A DNA stretch of 64,000 bases from a bacterium (GTDB lineage Bacteria > Patescibacteriota > Minisyncoccia > UBA6257 > JAGOQP01), in contig JAKAHY010000005.1 of assembly GCA_021814695.1 (NCBI GenBank), positions 1,364-65,363 of the forward strand. Direction: 5' to 3'. The notes beneath the pieces are model-generated. The model was given only the letters and a program-made list of their open reading frames with translations. It was not told where the DNA came from and did not search any database. This document shows positions 30,121-38,693 of this stretch, one piece after another; the stretch's first letter is position 1, and every line of letters begins with the position of its first letter. The position numbers were made by a program, and so were the translations under genes.

Positions 30121-30196
30121 TGGAGCCACCTCCCGGATTCGGACCGGGGACCTTCACTTTACAAAAGTGTTGCTCTACCAGCTGAGCTAAGGTGGC
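30121..30196 (-). tRNA. tRNA-Thr(TGT)
   Basis: GCCACCT/AGGTGGC acceptor, TTTGTAA anticodon loop, TCCGAAT T-loop and encoded CCA. Confidence 0.93.
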
Positions 30197-30209
30197 ACGA
30201 TTCGAAATG

Positions 30210-30294
30210 TGGGCAGGGTGAGAGTCGAACTCACGCGGGCACATTGGCCAACGGTTTTACAGACCGCCCTCGGCCCCTACGAGACTACCTGCCC
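30210..30294 (-). tRNA. tRNA-Tyr(GTA)
   Basis: GGGCAGG/CCTGCCC acceptor, GCGGT-CTGTAAA-ACCGT anticodon arm and long variable arm. Confidence 0.93.
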
Positions 30295-30308
30295 TTTTAA
30301 CGAACTAA

Positions 30309-30674
30309 CTAATTATCTTTTACTTCCTCACTCTTTTCTTCCCTTTTTTCATCCTTTTTTTCCTCCTGTTCTATCTCTTTGAGGATGTTTTGTTGGTCTG
30401 AATTTGAGGCGTGTCTGTTTTTTATCCTTTCTATGTGCCTGGAAACGTAATTGTCCAATCGCATAACCAACAATTTCATCTTTCTGAGCCATTTAGAAAG
30501 CAGAACTATTAATTTGCGGTCAACTTCGTCTATCCATTCCGCTTTAAAAAAAGTTTTCCGTGTTGATGGCTCTTCCGATGAAATATCACTGACATAAGGA
30601 AGTTTGCGCACAAACAAAAACACAATAGCCCCAAAGGCGATGAAAAAAACAAATTCCAGAATGAATAACGACAT
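30309..30674 (-). CDS. Hypothetical protein with N-terminal TM helix
   Basis: 121-aa ORF co-oriented downstream of tsf. Confidence 0.75.
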   Translation of the reverse strand: MSLFILEFVFFIAFGAIVFLFVRKLPYVSDISSEEPSTRKTFFKAEWIDEVDRKLIVLLSKWLRKMKLLVMRLDNYVSRHIERIKNRHASNSDQQNILKEIEQEEKKDEKREEKSEEVKDN

Positions 30675-30695
30675 GTGATTTATGCTACGGAATAA

Positions 30696-31136
30696 TTATA
30701 GTTCGTAGCGGCAGAATCTTTCAACCTTTATGTTTTCACCTGTTTTTGCGATTGCTTGCGTAATAAGATCGCCTACGGTAATCGATTCGTCCTTAACAAA
30801 AGGCTGTTTAACTAATTCTTCCGAAGTTTCCGGATTCATCGAGGCTACGTGCATTGCCAAATCGTGAGCCAATGTTTTGAAAACATCGGTCTTTGCGACA
30901 AAGTCGGTTTCACAGCGAAGCTCCAAAATAACACCGATGCGGCCATTATGAACATAAGTCTCCAGCAGTCCGGCACCAGTTTTTCTTTCGGCTCTTTTTT
31001 CCGCTTTGGCAACTCCTCTTTCTAAAATCAGCTGCTTGGCTTTATCAAAATCACCTCCGGCATCATCCAAAGCCTTTTTACAATCCATAACACCCGCACT
31101 TGTTGCTTCGCGAAGACGAATCAAAACGTTATCCAT
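30696..31136 (-). CDS. tsf: Elongation factor Ts (short form)
   Basis: [26 protein letters not shown] and GENIKVERF. Confidence 0.97.
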   Translation of the reverse strand: MDNVLIRLREATSAGVMDCKKALDDAGGDFDKAKQLILERGVAKAEKRAERKTGAGLLETYVHNGRIGVILELRCETDFVAKTDVFKTLAHDLAMHVASMNPETSEELVKQPFVKDESITVGDLITQAIAKTGENIKVERFCRYEL

Positions 31137-31142
31137 TGTTGT

Positions 31143-31895
31143 TTAAGATTTAATTTTATCTACTAAAGCATTTATAACCCATTCCACCGATGCCTTGGAG
31201 TGGTCGTTTGCCGGAATAAAGTAGGTCATTTGTCCGGGATTGTCGTCGTTGTCAATTATTCCCACCAACTTCATTTTGTGAAGAGTAGCTTCATGAACGG
31301 CAGTTGAATGCCCCTTAAGAGAAGGATCTATAACAAACATTATATCCGGAATCTTTGTAAAATTCTCCAGACCCGTGAAAAGGATTCCCATTTTTTCTAC
31401 CTCTCTTGAAATAAGAAGTTTTTCCTTTTTTGTATATCCTTCAAATTTTCCTTGTTCCAGATCAAGTTTCCTTTTCTTGAAATAATCAATTCTTTTCCCA
31501 ACAATACCGAAATTAGTGATCAGACCTCCTATCCATCGATTTACTACGTAAGGCGCATTACCGAGAGCTTCGGACAATTTTATTACCGCATTTCTTGAGG
31601 CCGCTTGAGTTCCGACTATCATAAATGTCTTCTTTTCGGCCAAGCTGCTTTTGATAAATCCGGCGACAATATCAATTGCCTTGATTGTTTTAACCAGGTC
31701 GATTATGGCAACACCATTGCGTAATCCGTAAATATACTCGTCAAATTGAGGGTCTTTACGTGATTTTTTATGGCCGTAAAAAACTCCGGCTTTGGCCATT
31801 TCCGTTAAAACCACTTCGTCTACTCCTACTTCGGATGCCAGGCTCTGAATATCAAACAGTGCCGATCCGTTATTTTTTTCTTCGTTTTCACTCAT
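31143..31895 (-). CDS. rpsB: 30S ribosomal protein S2
   Basis: AGVFYGH, RWIGGLITN and IPAND. Confidence 0.97.
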   Translation of the reverse strand: MSENEEKNNGSALFDIQSLASEVGVDEVVLTEMAKAGVFYGHKKSRKDPQFDEYIYGLRNGVAIIDLVKTIKAIDIVAGFIKSSLAEKKTFMIVGTQAASRNAVIKLSEALGNAPYVVNRWIGGLITNFGIVGKRIDYFKKRKLDLEQGKFEGYTKKEKLLISREVEKMGILFTGLENFTKIPDIMFVIDPSLKGHSTAVHEATLHKMKLVGIIDNDDNPGQMTYFIPANDHSKASVEWVINALVDKIKS

Positions 31896-31904
31896 AGATA
31901 TAAC

Positions 31905-32000
31905 AACGCTGCGCCTTTCACGCAGCCAATTCCGTTGCTATCCGATAAGCCGGTCGGACACGGAACTTGCTGTCTCCGCTTGATAGCAGAGGGTTATTTT
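31905..32000 (-). promoter_or_regulatory. Structured 5' leader of rpsB-tsf
   Basis: Three consecutive stems downstream of a TTGATT-17-TATTAT promoter (32060-32032). Confidence 0.5.
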
Positions 32001-32128
32001 ATATAAATGGGTTTCCCCATGGCTCACAAAGATAATACATTACCATAACCAGAAAATCAATATAACACCAATAATTTGACCTTAAAAGCCAAGAAGGTTA
32101 TTATATCCGGCAGAACAAAGGAAAGAAA

Positions 32129-32341
32129 ATGATTCCAAGACTGACACCGGCTCAGGAAGAATTGCAGAATATGGTTAGCGAATTGACACAGAATAATCCG
32201 GATAAAATCCGAAAACTTGCCGATGAGCTTGGATTCTCACTGCCGATAATTGAGCAATGGTCAAAAGGGGAAAATATGGCCCACCCAATTATTGCCGAAG
32301 CAATCGTTATATATCTTAAAAATAAGTCGCAGGCATCATGA
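32129..32341 (+). CDS. Small HTH (XRE-like) protein
   Basis: IRKLADELGFSLPIIEQWSKGE; TTGACC-17-TATTAT promoter; AAAGGA upstream. Confidence 0.65.
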   Translation: MIPRLTPAQEELQNMVSELTQNNPDKIRKLADELGFSLPIIEQWSKGENMAHPIIAEAIVIYLKNKSQAS

Positions 32342-32356
32342 CTATGTCCTGCTTTT

Positions 32357-33001
32357 TTATTTTTTATTTTGTCTTTTGCGCCATTCTTCAATTTTCTTGT
32401 GGTTTCCGGACAAAAGAATGTCGGGAACTTTCCATTTATTCTTCCCTGATTTAAAAACTTCCGGACGGGTATATGTGGGATAACTCCCCTTAATCTCTTC
32501 AAGCGATTCGTTTTTGCCCAAAACTCCGGGGATAAAACGGGAGACGGCATCCACAACAATCATCGCCGGGATCTCCCCTCCCGAAAGAACAAAGCCTCCT
32601 ACGGAAATCTCTTCATCGGCGACATACTTTGCAACTCTCTCATCAATGCCTTCATAGCGGCCACAAATTAATATCAAATTTTTGTATTTGGACAATCTCT
32701 TGGCTTCTTTTGCGGTAAATAATTTTCCTCTTGTACTAAACAAAACTACTCTTGTTTTATTATTTTTAGCCTTAGGCTTAAGACTCTTTACCGCCTTAAA
32801 TATAGGCTCAACTTTCATAACCATACCCGGCCCTCCACCAAAAGGAGAATCGTCAACTTTGTGGTGTTTGTCGGTTGTCCAGTCGCGTATATTATGGATG
32901 TGTATATCGATAATGCCGCGTTTTTGAGCGTGTCCAAGAATAGAGTGATGAAAATACTCTCCAAAAGATTCCGGTATCACCGATAAAATATTGAATTTCA
33001 T
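32357..33001 (-). CDS. trmD: tRNA (guanine-N1)-methyltransferase
   Basis: DDSPFGGGPGMVM, CGRYEGIDER and VLSGGE; start set at ATG 33001. Confidence 0.98.
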   Translation of the reverse strand: MKFNILSVIPESFGEYFHHSILGHAQKRGIIDIHIHNIRDWTTDKHHKVDDSPFGGGPGMVMKVEPIFKAVKSLKPKAKNNKTRVVLFSTRGKLFTAKEAKRLSKYKNLILICGRYEGIDERVAKYVADEEISVGGFVLSGGEIPAMIVVDAVSRFIPGVLGKNESLEEIKGSYPTYTRPEVFKSGKNKWKVPDILLSGNHKKIEEWRKRQNKK

Positions 33002-33104
33002 TTGAGTGTTGCGGTTAAAATTTAATTGTAACAGTAAAAGCCGCAATTACAAAAAAGCGCCGTTTTGCAACGGCACTTTTTATACGTATAAATCTGAGTT
33101 TTTA

Positions 33105-33416
33105 CTAAAGAGATTTGAGGTCTTCCATCGCCTGGTCAACCGCTGACCCATGTCCTCCCGTGCCGCCTTCCGGCTCCAGGATTTTAAGGTTAACACGAGC
33201 GTTGTTCTTTAAGCCCACGATGCGAAGGAGCGAGCGAATAGCTTTAGCAGTGGCGCCTTTGCGGCCAACTACCTGCCCCATATCATCCTTGTGGACCTGA
33301 AGAGTCAGGAGTACTCCCATCTCGTCGATTTTCCTTTCAACTTTTACATCTTCAGGATGGTCGACTATGGATTTTACGAGAAACTCGAGAAAGCTAATAT
33401 CCTTTGACGCGTCCAT
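33105..33416 (-). CDS. khpA: KH-domain RNA-binding protein (KhpA-like)
   Basis: DMGQVVGRKGATAKAIR; between rpsP and trmD. Confidence 0.88.
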   Translation of the reverse strand: MDASKDISFLEFLVKSIVDHPEDVKVERKIDEMGVLLTLQVHKDDMGQVVGRKGATAKAIRSLLRIVGLKNNARVNLKILEPEGGTGGHGSAVDQAMEDLKSL

Positions 33417-33498
33417 GATAATCGGGATTATTACAGAACCTCGACCTTTAATTCTATTTCGGCAAATTACGATGAAAAACTTTCAGGTAACTTATCTG

Positions 33499-33813
33499 CT
33501 ATGCAGAAGGAGCGGGTTCAGTTTCGGCCGGTTTTTCCTTCTGTTGTTTTGATTTCTTATGCAAAGGAATTTTTTTACCTTCAATAATCTTGGCGTCCAC
33601 CAAAAGATTATGGACCGTATCCGTCGGCTGAGCACCGTTAGCCAACCACTGTTTGGCTTTTTCCGCATTTATCAGGAATTTATTGGTGTGAGGATTATAC
33701 CATCCCAAATCATCTATATATTTACCTACAAGCTTGGACTTCTTGGGAAGTATGACTACTCTGTAGGAAATCTGTTTTTTCTTGCCCACTGGGCGAAGTT
33801 TGATTGATATCAT
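33499..33813 (-). CDS. rpsP: 30S ribosomal protein S16
   Basis: LGWYNP and WLANGAQPTDTV. Confidence 0.97.
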   Translation of the reverse strand: MISIKLRPVGKKKQISYRVVILPKKSKLVGKYIDDLGWYNPHTNKFLINAEKAKQWLANGAQPTDTVHNLLVDAKIIEGKKIPLHKKSKQQKEKPAETEPAPSA

Positions 33814-33888
33814 GCTGAATTTTTGTCTGTTTACGTTACAATTTAAGTTATTCGATTCTAACTACAAACACCAGAAAAGTCAATAAAT

Positions 33889-36081
33889 TTATTTAACCAT
33901 AGGTTCGGCTTCCTCAAGCTTTATGGATAAAAGTTTTGACCCACCTCCTTCGTCCATAGTCACTCCATACAAAACTTGAGCCGCTTCCATAGAAACCCGA
34001 TTGTGAGTCACCATAACAAATTGAGTTTCTCCGGAAAAATTCTTAATAAGATCGGCGTATCTTTTGGAATTTTTCTCGTCCAAGGCCGAATCGGCTTCGT
34101 CCAGAACCAGAAACGGAGGCGGACTAACCGAAATCAGAGCAAATAACGCCGCCAAAGAAACCAGGCTCTTTTCTCCCCCCGAAAGCATTTCCAGACTGGT
34201 TATTTTCTTTTGCGGTATGGAAACTTCCAAATCCAAGCCTGCCAGAGACTCATCAACTCCTTCATTCTCCGGCGAAGGTTCTTGGATTTCAGTACCGTCC
34301 TGATTTTCTGCGACGGCTTTTTCTTTTTTGATGATTTTCATTTTGGCCGAACCGCCACCGAACATTATTCTGAAGAAATTATTGAAAGCGTCGTTGACTT
34401 TCTTAAATGAGGCCTGAAAATCATGGGATATTCTTTGGCTAAGTTCGCTGATAAGAATACTTAAATCAGCCGAGGCTTTTTTGAGGTCTGAGGATTCCTT
34501 GGTTAAAAACTCATGGTGAGTTTCCACTTCCTTGGCTTCTTTAATCAAAACTTCGTCGATTTCTCCGATACTGGCCAGTTCTCCCCGCATTCGGTAAATT
34601 TTACGCTCCATTTCGGAAAGTTCGGACTCGCTAAACGATTTTTCAAACGTTGGAGAAAGAGCCATCTGTTCAAATTCGTTAAAGTGCCCCCCAAAGGAAC
34701 GAATCTGATTTTCAAGCTCCTGAATCTTGAAGGTTATTTTTTCTTCTTCAAAAAATATCTTGTTTTTCGCATCTTCAAGATGTTTTATTTTGGAGCGTAA
34801 CTGTTCCAATTGGGTAAATGTCTCTTTAAAGTTTTTATTAAAATCTTCCACTCCTTTAGAAATATCGCGTTCGGTTGATTCGATTTTTTCTATATCCTTT
34901 TCGATTCCGGACAGGATGGATTCTATCTCCTTTTTCTTTACGGAGAGTTCCCCCTGTTGCGGAGAAGTTTGGGATTTTTTTGGAGAGATCACGCTTTCCA
35001 CAATCTCTATAATTTTTTTTATTTTGATTTTTGCCTCATCAAAGCTGGCCGAGGAAAGCATGTTCTCTAAATCATTTTTTATATTCGAAAGGGTTTGATG
35101 CATCTGCTCGACCGAGACCGATTGTGTTTGGACCGCTCTCTCAAGCTGTTCCAGTTGAGCCTCAATCTTATAGACGTCTTTTTCGAGAGCCGATTTTTTT
35201 ATAAATAGATCCCGCTTTTCTTTTTGGAGAATTTCAGTTTTCCCGGAAGGTAAAGATTTATCCTCTAAAGATTTGAGTTGTTTTTCTATCTCGGCTGATT
35301 TTTTAACTGCATCTTTTAATTCCGACTCATTTGAAGAAAGAGGTTCTTTGATTTTCTTTCTGGAGTCGTAAAGAAATTTGATTTTGAATGAATAAAAGTC
35401 GCTTTCCAGATTTTTCAATTCCTGTTCTACTTCAAAACGCTTCTCCCATTTAGCCGTTTGGCGCTTAAGCATGCGCAACCGAGGCGCAACCTCTTGAATC
35501 ATAGCCTCAACTTTGTCCAAATTGATTTTAGTATTTTTCAGCTTGCGCTCGCTTTCGGATTTTTTGAGCTGAAATTCTCTTAATCCCAGGATTTCTTCCA
35601 TCATTGCAACGCGTTCGGCGGGAAGAGCACGGACAAAAATATCATTTGCTCCCTGGCCAATTATAGTAAGCCCCTTGCTACCAAGCTTTATTTTTGCAAA
35701 AAAATCAATGATGTCCTTAAGACGAACCTCGTTGTCATTTATGAAATATTGAGAAACTCCGTTACGGCTTATTTTTCTGGATATTACCACCTCCTTGAAA
35801 TCAACCGGTAATTTACCCGAGGAATTATCAAAAACCAGGCTCACTTGAGCCATGGACATTCTGGGTTTTTTGGCCGTACCCGCAAAAATAAGGTCTTCGA
35901 TTTTATCACCTCTCAAGTTTTTTGCTTCACGCTCACCCAAAAGCCACCTGATGGCATCTATAATATTAGACTTCCCCGATCCGTTGGGGCCGACTATAGC
36001 AACAATACCCGTCGGAAATTCAAAGACGGTTTTTTGGGCGAACGATTTAAATCCGTTTATTTCAAGACGTTTTAAAAACAT
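33889..36081 (-). CDS. smc: SMC-family ATPase, shortened (730 aa)
   Basis: GFKSF, GPNGSGKSN, LSGGE and LVLDEAD; follows rnc. Confidence 0.88.
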   Translation of the reverse strand: MFLKRLEINGFKSFAQKTVFEFPTGIVAIVGPNGSGKSNIIDAIRWLLGEREAKNLRGDKIEDLIFAGTAKKPRMSMAQVSLVFDNSSGKLPVDFKEVVISRKISRNGVSQYFINDNEVRLKDIIDFFAKIKLGSKGLTIIGQGANDIFVRALPAERVAMMEEILGLREFQLKKSESERKLKNTKINLDKVEAMIQEVAPRLRMLKRQTAKWEKRFEVEQELKNLESDFYSFKIKFLYDSRKKIKEPLSSNESELKDAVKKSAEIEKQLKSLEDKSLPSGKTEILQKEKRDLFIKKSALEKDVYKIEAQLEQLERAVQTQSVSVEQMHQTLSNIKNDLENMLSSASFDEAKIKIKKIIEIVESVISPKKSQTSPQQGELSVKKKEIESILSGIEKDIEKIESTERDISKGVEDFNKNFKETFTQLEQLRSKIKHLEDAKNKIFFEEEKITFKIQELENQIRSFGGHFNEFEQMALSPTFEKSFSESELSEMERKIYRMRGELASIGEIDEVLIKEAKEVETHHEFLTKESSDLKKASADLSILISELSQRISHDFQASFKKVNDAFNNFFRIMFGGGSAKMKIIKKEKAVAENQDGTEIQEPSPENEGVDESLAGLDLEVSIPQKKITSLEMLSGGEKSLVSLAALFALISVSPPPFLVLDEADSALDEKNSKRYADLIKNFSGETQFVMVTHNRVSMEAAQVLYGVTMDEGGGSKLLSIKLEEAEPMVK

Positions 36082-36754
36082 GTAATCCTTTTCTGGCAGC
36101 TTCCAGTTCGGCCTCCTGTTTGGACAATCCCGACCCTTCGGCTACTTTATTTTCATTAAGAAATACTCCGACGACAAAAGTTTTGTGATGATCTGGTCCG
36201 TATTCTTCAAGCACTTTATACATCGGGGTAATTTTAAATTGTTCCTGTGCAATTTCCTGAAATAGGCTTTTGGCATCCTTATCCAAATTGCGCCTGACTA
36301 TTTCTTCAACTCCGACAAGTACGTGTTTATAAACAAAATCTTTAACCACCTCATATCCTTTATCCAGATAAATGGAACCCAAGAGAGCCTCAACGCTGTT
36401 GGCCAGAATAACTTCGCGGGCCTTTCCGGTATCACGAGCTTCTCCTTTAGACAAAAGTAAATAATCTTCAATTCCGAGAGTTTTTGCCACCTTAGAAAGC
36501 GCCACATAATTTACCAGCGCCGCCCGAATACTTGTGAGCCTTCCTTCCTCGTATTGTGGATATTTGGAAAACAAATAATCGGTGACTATAAGCTCAAGAA
36601 CGGCGTCCCCCAAAAATTCCAAACGTTCGTTGTGCGGCAAATTCCACGAAGGATTTTCGTTTATATAAGAGCGATGAGTCAGGGACTCTTTAAGAAGGTC
36701 CACATTCGAGAATTGAATTCCCAACTGTTGTTGCAATAACGAGATGTCTGACAT
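36062..36754 (-). CDS. rnc: Ribonuclease III
   Basis: HNERLEFLGDAVL signature and C-terminal dsRBD. Confidence 0.98.
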   Translation of the reverse strand: MSDISLLQQQLGIQFSNVDLLKESLTHRSYINENPSWNLPHNERLEFLGDAVLELIVTDYLFSKYPQYEEGRLTSIRAALVNYVALSKVAKTLGIEDYLLLSKGEARDTGKAREVILANSVEALLGSIYLDKGYEVVKDFVYKHVLVGVEEIVRRNLDKDAKSLFQEIAQEQFKITPMYKVLEEYGPDHHKTFVVGVFLNENKVAEGSGLSKQEAELEAARKGLHVFKTS

Positions 36755-36756
36755 GC

Positions 36757-37215
36757 TTATTCTTTCTTATTTTCTGTTGGAGACGGCGAGGTTTCAACTA
36801 TTTCTAATTGCTTATAAACAGTTCCCAGAACTCCGTTTATAAATTTACCGGAATTGACTCCGCCGTAATTTTTAGCCAGTTCAATAGCTTCGTTGATGGC
36901 GACTTTATAAGGGACTTCGTTATGATCGACATAAAGCAATTCGTAAACGCCTATGCGCAAAACATTCCTGTCAATTAAAGCTATCTGATCAAAAGGCCAC
37001 TCAACCGCCGATTTTGAGATAATAGCGTCAATCTCCGGAAGATGATCAACTACTCCCTTAACTATTTTCCACACAAACTCAGGTTCGTTGATTCCGGGCC
37101 CAAACTCATCCATATTTCTCTGGACAATTTGAACGAGGTCTTTTTCCTTATTGGAAAAATCCCACTCGTAGAGCGACTGGAGAACAATCGAACGCGCGAG
37201 ATGTCTTGTTGCCAT
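36757..37215 (-). CDS. nusB: Transcription antitermination factor NusB
   Basis: [18 protein letters not shown] and FINGVLG. Confidence 0.97.
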   Translation of the reverse strand: MATRHLARSIVLQSLYEWDFSNKEKDLVQIVQRNMDEFGPGINEPEFVWKIVKGVVDHLPEIDAIISKSAVEWPFDQIALIDRNVLRIGVYELLYVDHNEVPYKVAINEAIELAKNYGGVNSGKFINGVLGTVYKQLEIVETSPSPTENKKE

Positions 37216-37255
37216 TTTTATTTAGTCAAAATTCAAATAAAAAAACGAGGCGAAT

Positions 37256-37423
37256 TTATTTTTTCGCCTTGTGCCGATAGCCGCAGTTGGGACACGCCCT
37301 ATGGGAAATCATCGGATGTTTGCATTCGGGGCAAACAGCCAGATTCTGGGGCTTTAAGGCCATATGCGAGCGCCTGCTTCCCGTCTTTGACCGAGTGTGA
37401 TGTTTTGTAGGTACTCCACCCAT
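37256..37423 (-). CDS. rpmF: 50S ribosomal protein L32
   Basis: Not in the ORF track. Translates to MGGVPTKHHTRSKTGSRRSHMALKPQNLAVCPECKHPMISHRACPNCGYRHKAKK. Confidence 0.95.
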   Translation of the reverse strand: MGGVPTKHHTRSKTGSRRSHMALKPQNLAVCPECKHPMISHRACPNCGYRHKAKK

Positions 37424-37428
37424 TGCTC

Positions 37429-37514
37429 AGTAATTAGTAACTAGTAATGAGTAATTAGTGAAAAAAGACCAATGGCCTATTTTTTCGGCCGATAGTCACT
37501 ATTCACTAATTACT
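37429..37514. repeat. Two inverted heptamer arrays
   Basis: agtaatt agtaact agtaatg agtaatt agtgaa ... agtcact attcact aattact. Confidence 0.75.
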
Positions 37515-38193
37515 ACCGTATTTTAGTGAACTTTCCAATAAATGTCAAACGATGAATCGGGCTTGGCCCATATTTTCTTATGGCCCGGATATGGCTTTTT
37601 GTGCCGTATCCTTTATGTCCGTCAAATCCATATTGAGGATATTTTAATTTCATTCTTTTCATCTCCAAATCCCTTTTTACTTTGGCAATTATAGAAGCGA
37701 TGGATACTGCGGGAACGGTTTCGTCGGCTTTCGGAAAACTCTCAAACGAACCGATTCTATCACTGGGCTTTATGTGAATACCCGCATCCGCAATTATCCG
37801 AACATGATTAAGTCCATATTTTTTTATTAATTTTAAAACGGCACGATTGGCGGCTTTATCGCAGGCACGGGCAATATTAATTTTATCTATTTCCGAGGGC
37901 GATACGGCCGAAAGCGCAAACGGAATTTTATTTTTCTTTACCCACGAAAACCACTCTTCTCTTTGTTTCTCGGAAAGTTTTTTCGAATCGGTCAATTTTT
38001 TTGGCGAATTAGATTTTTTCAGAAATTTTTTGGGATTTTTAGGAAATAAAACCGCACCCACAAAAATTCTGCCCGCCAGCGGTCCCCGTCCCACCTCATC
38101 AATGCCTATAATATAATTATGAGACAAGACTCGCTTCTTTGAAGCGGCCCTTCTGGATTCATCCGTTCCCAAAATCAATCTCTCTTTTTCCAT
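37513..38193 (-). CDS. rnhB: Ribonuclease HII
   Basis: GIDEVGRGPLAG, DSKKL, ASIIAKV and HKGYGT. Confidence 0.97.
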   Translation of the reverse strand: MEKERLILGTDESRRAASKKRVLSHNYIIGIDEVGRGPLAGRIFVGAVLFPKNPKKFLKKSNSPKKLTDSKKLSEKQREEWFSWVKKNKIPFALSAVSPSEIDKINIARACDKAANRAVLKLIKKYGLNHVRIIADAGIHIKPSDRIGSFESFPKADETVPAVSIASIIAKVKRDLEMKRMKLKYPQYGFDGHKGYGTKSHIRAIRKYGPSPIHRLTFIGKFTKIR

Positions 38194-38251
38194 TGTCTTT
38201 ATTTAATCATACTCGCCCAAAAACAAAAACTCCTGAAAATAGAAATATTTT

Positions 38252-38587
38252 TCAGGAGTTGATTTTAATGCCTACGGAAATCAATTCCATCGGAGATTTT
38301 ACCGGTTCGCTCCGGATACGGCTTATCGATTCCAGAATTTTTCCAAAAATATAGTCATCAACCGCGGAATCGAATATTGCCAGAGCTTCTTTGTCGCTTC
38401 TTGAAGAAATCAGGTCACGCTCTAGGGCGGCATCCATGTAGTAGACGCGGGCCACATTTATTAATTTAGCGAAACTCTCAGCAAATTCCGTTCCGTTAGG
38501 CATGCGGGTGTCCAAATCTACGCAAATAGTCACTTCCAGATAATCTTTGGCAAGATTGATAAGGGCCTGATGCCTGTTTATGTCCAT
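38252..38587 (-). CDS. Hypothetical protein (ORFan cassette)
   Basis: AGGAGG upstream of ATG; hairpin plus T tract at about 38225-38260. Confidence 0.65.
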   Translation of the reverse strand: MDINRHQALINLAKDYLEVTICVDLDTRMPNGTEFAESFAKLINVARVYYMDAALERDLISSRSDKEALAIFDSAVDDYIFGKILESISRIRSEPVKSPMELISVGIKINS

Positions 38588-38693
38588 ATTTATGCCTCCT
38601 CATACGAGCTTTACCTAGTAAATCATTTTTTACCCATTGAGTCCAGTTGTCATCGGCAAAGCATGCACTATAATGAAAGTAAATTTTTATTCT

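Noticed and set aside
30696-31136. tsf as a truncated pseudogene
   Set aside because: Both the N-terminal domain and the C-terminal GENIKVERF motif are intact; short EF-Ts forms are known.
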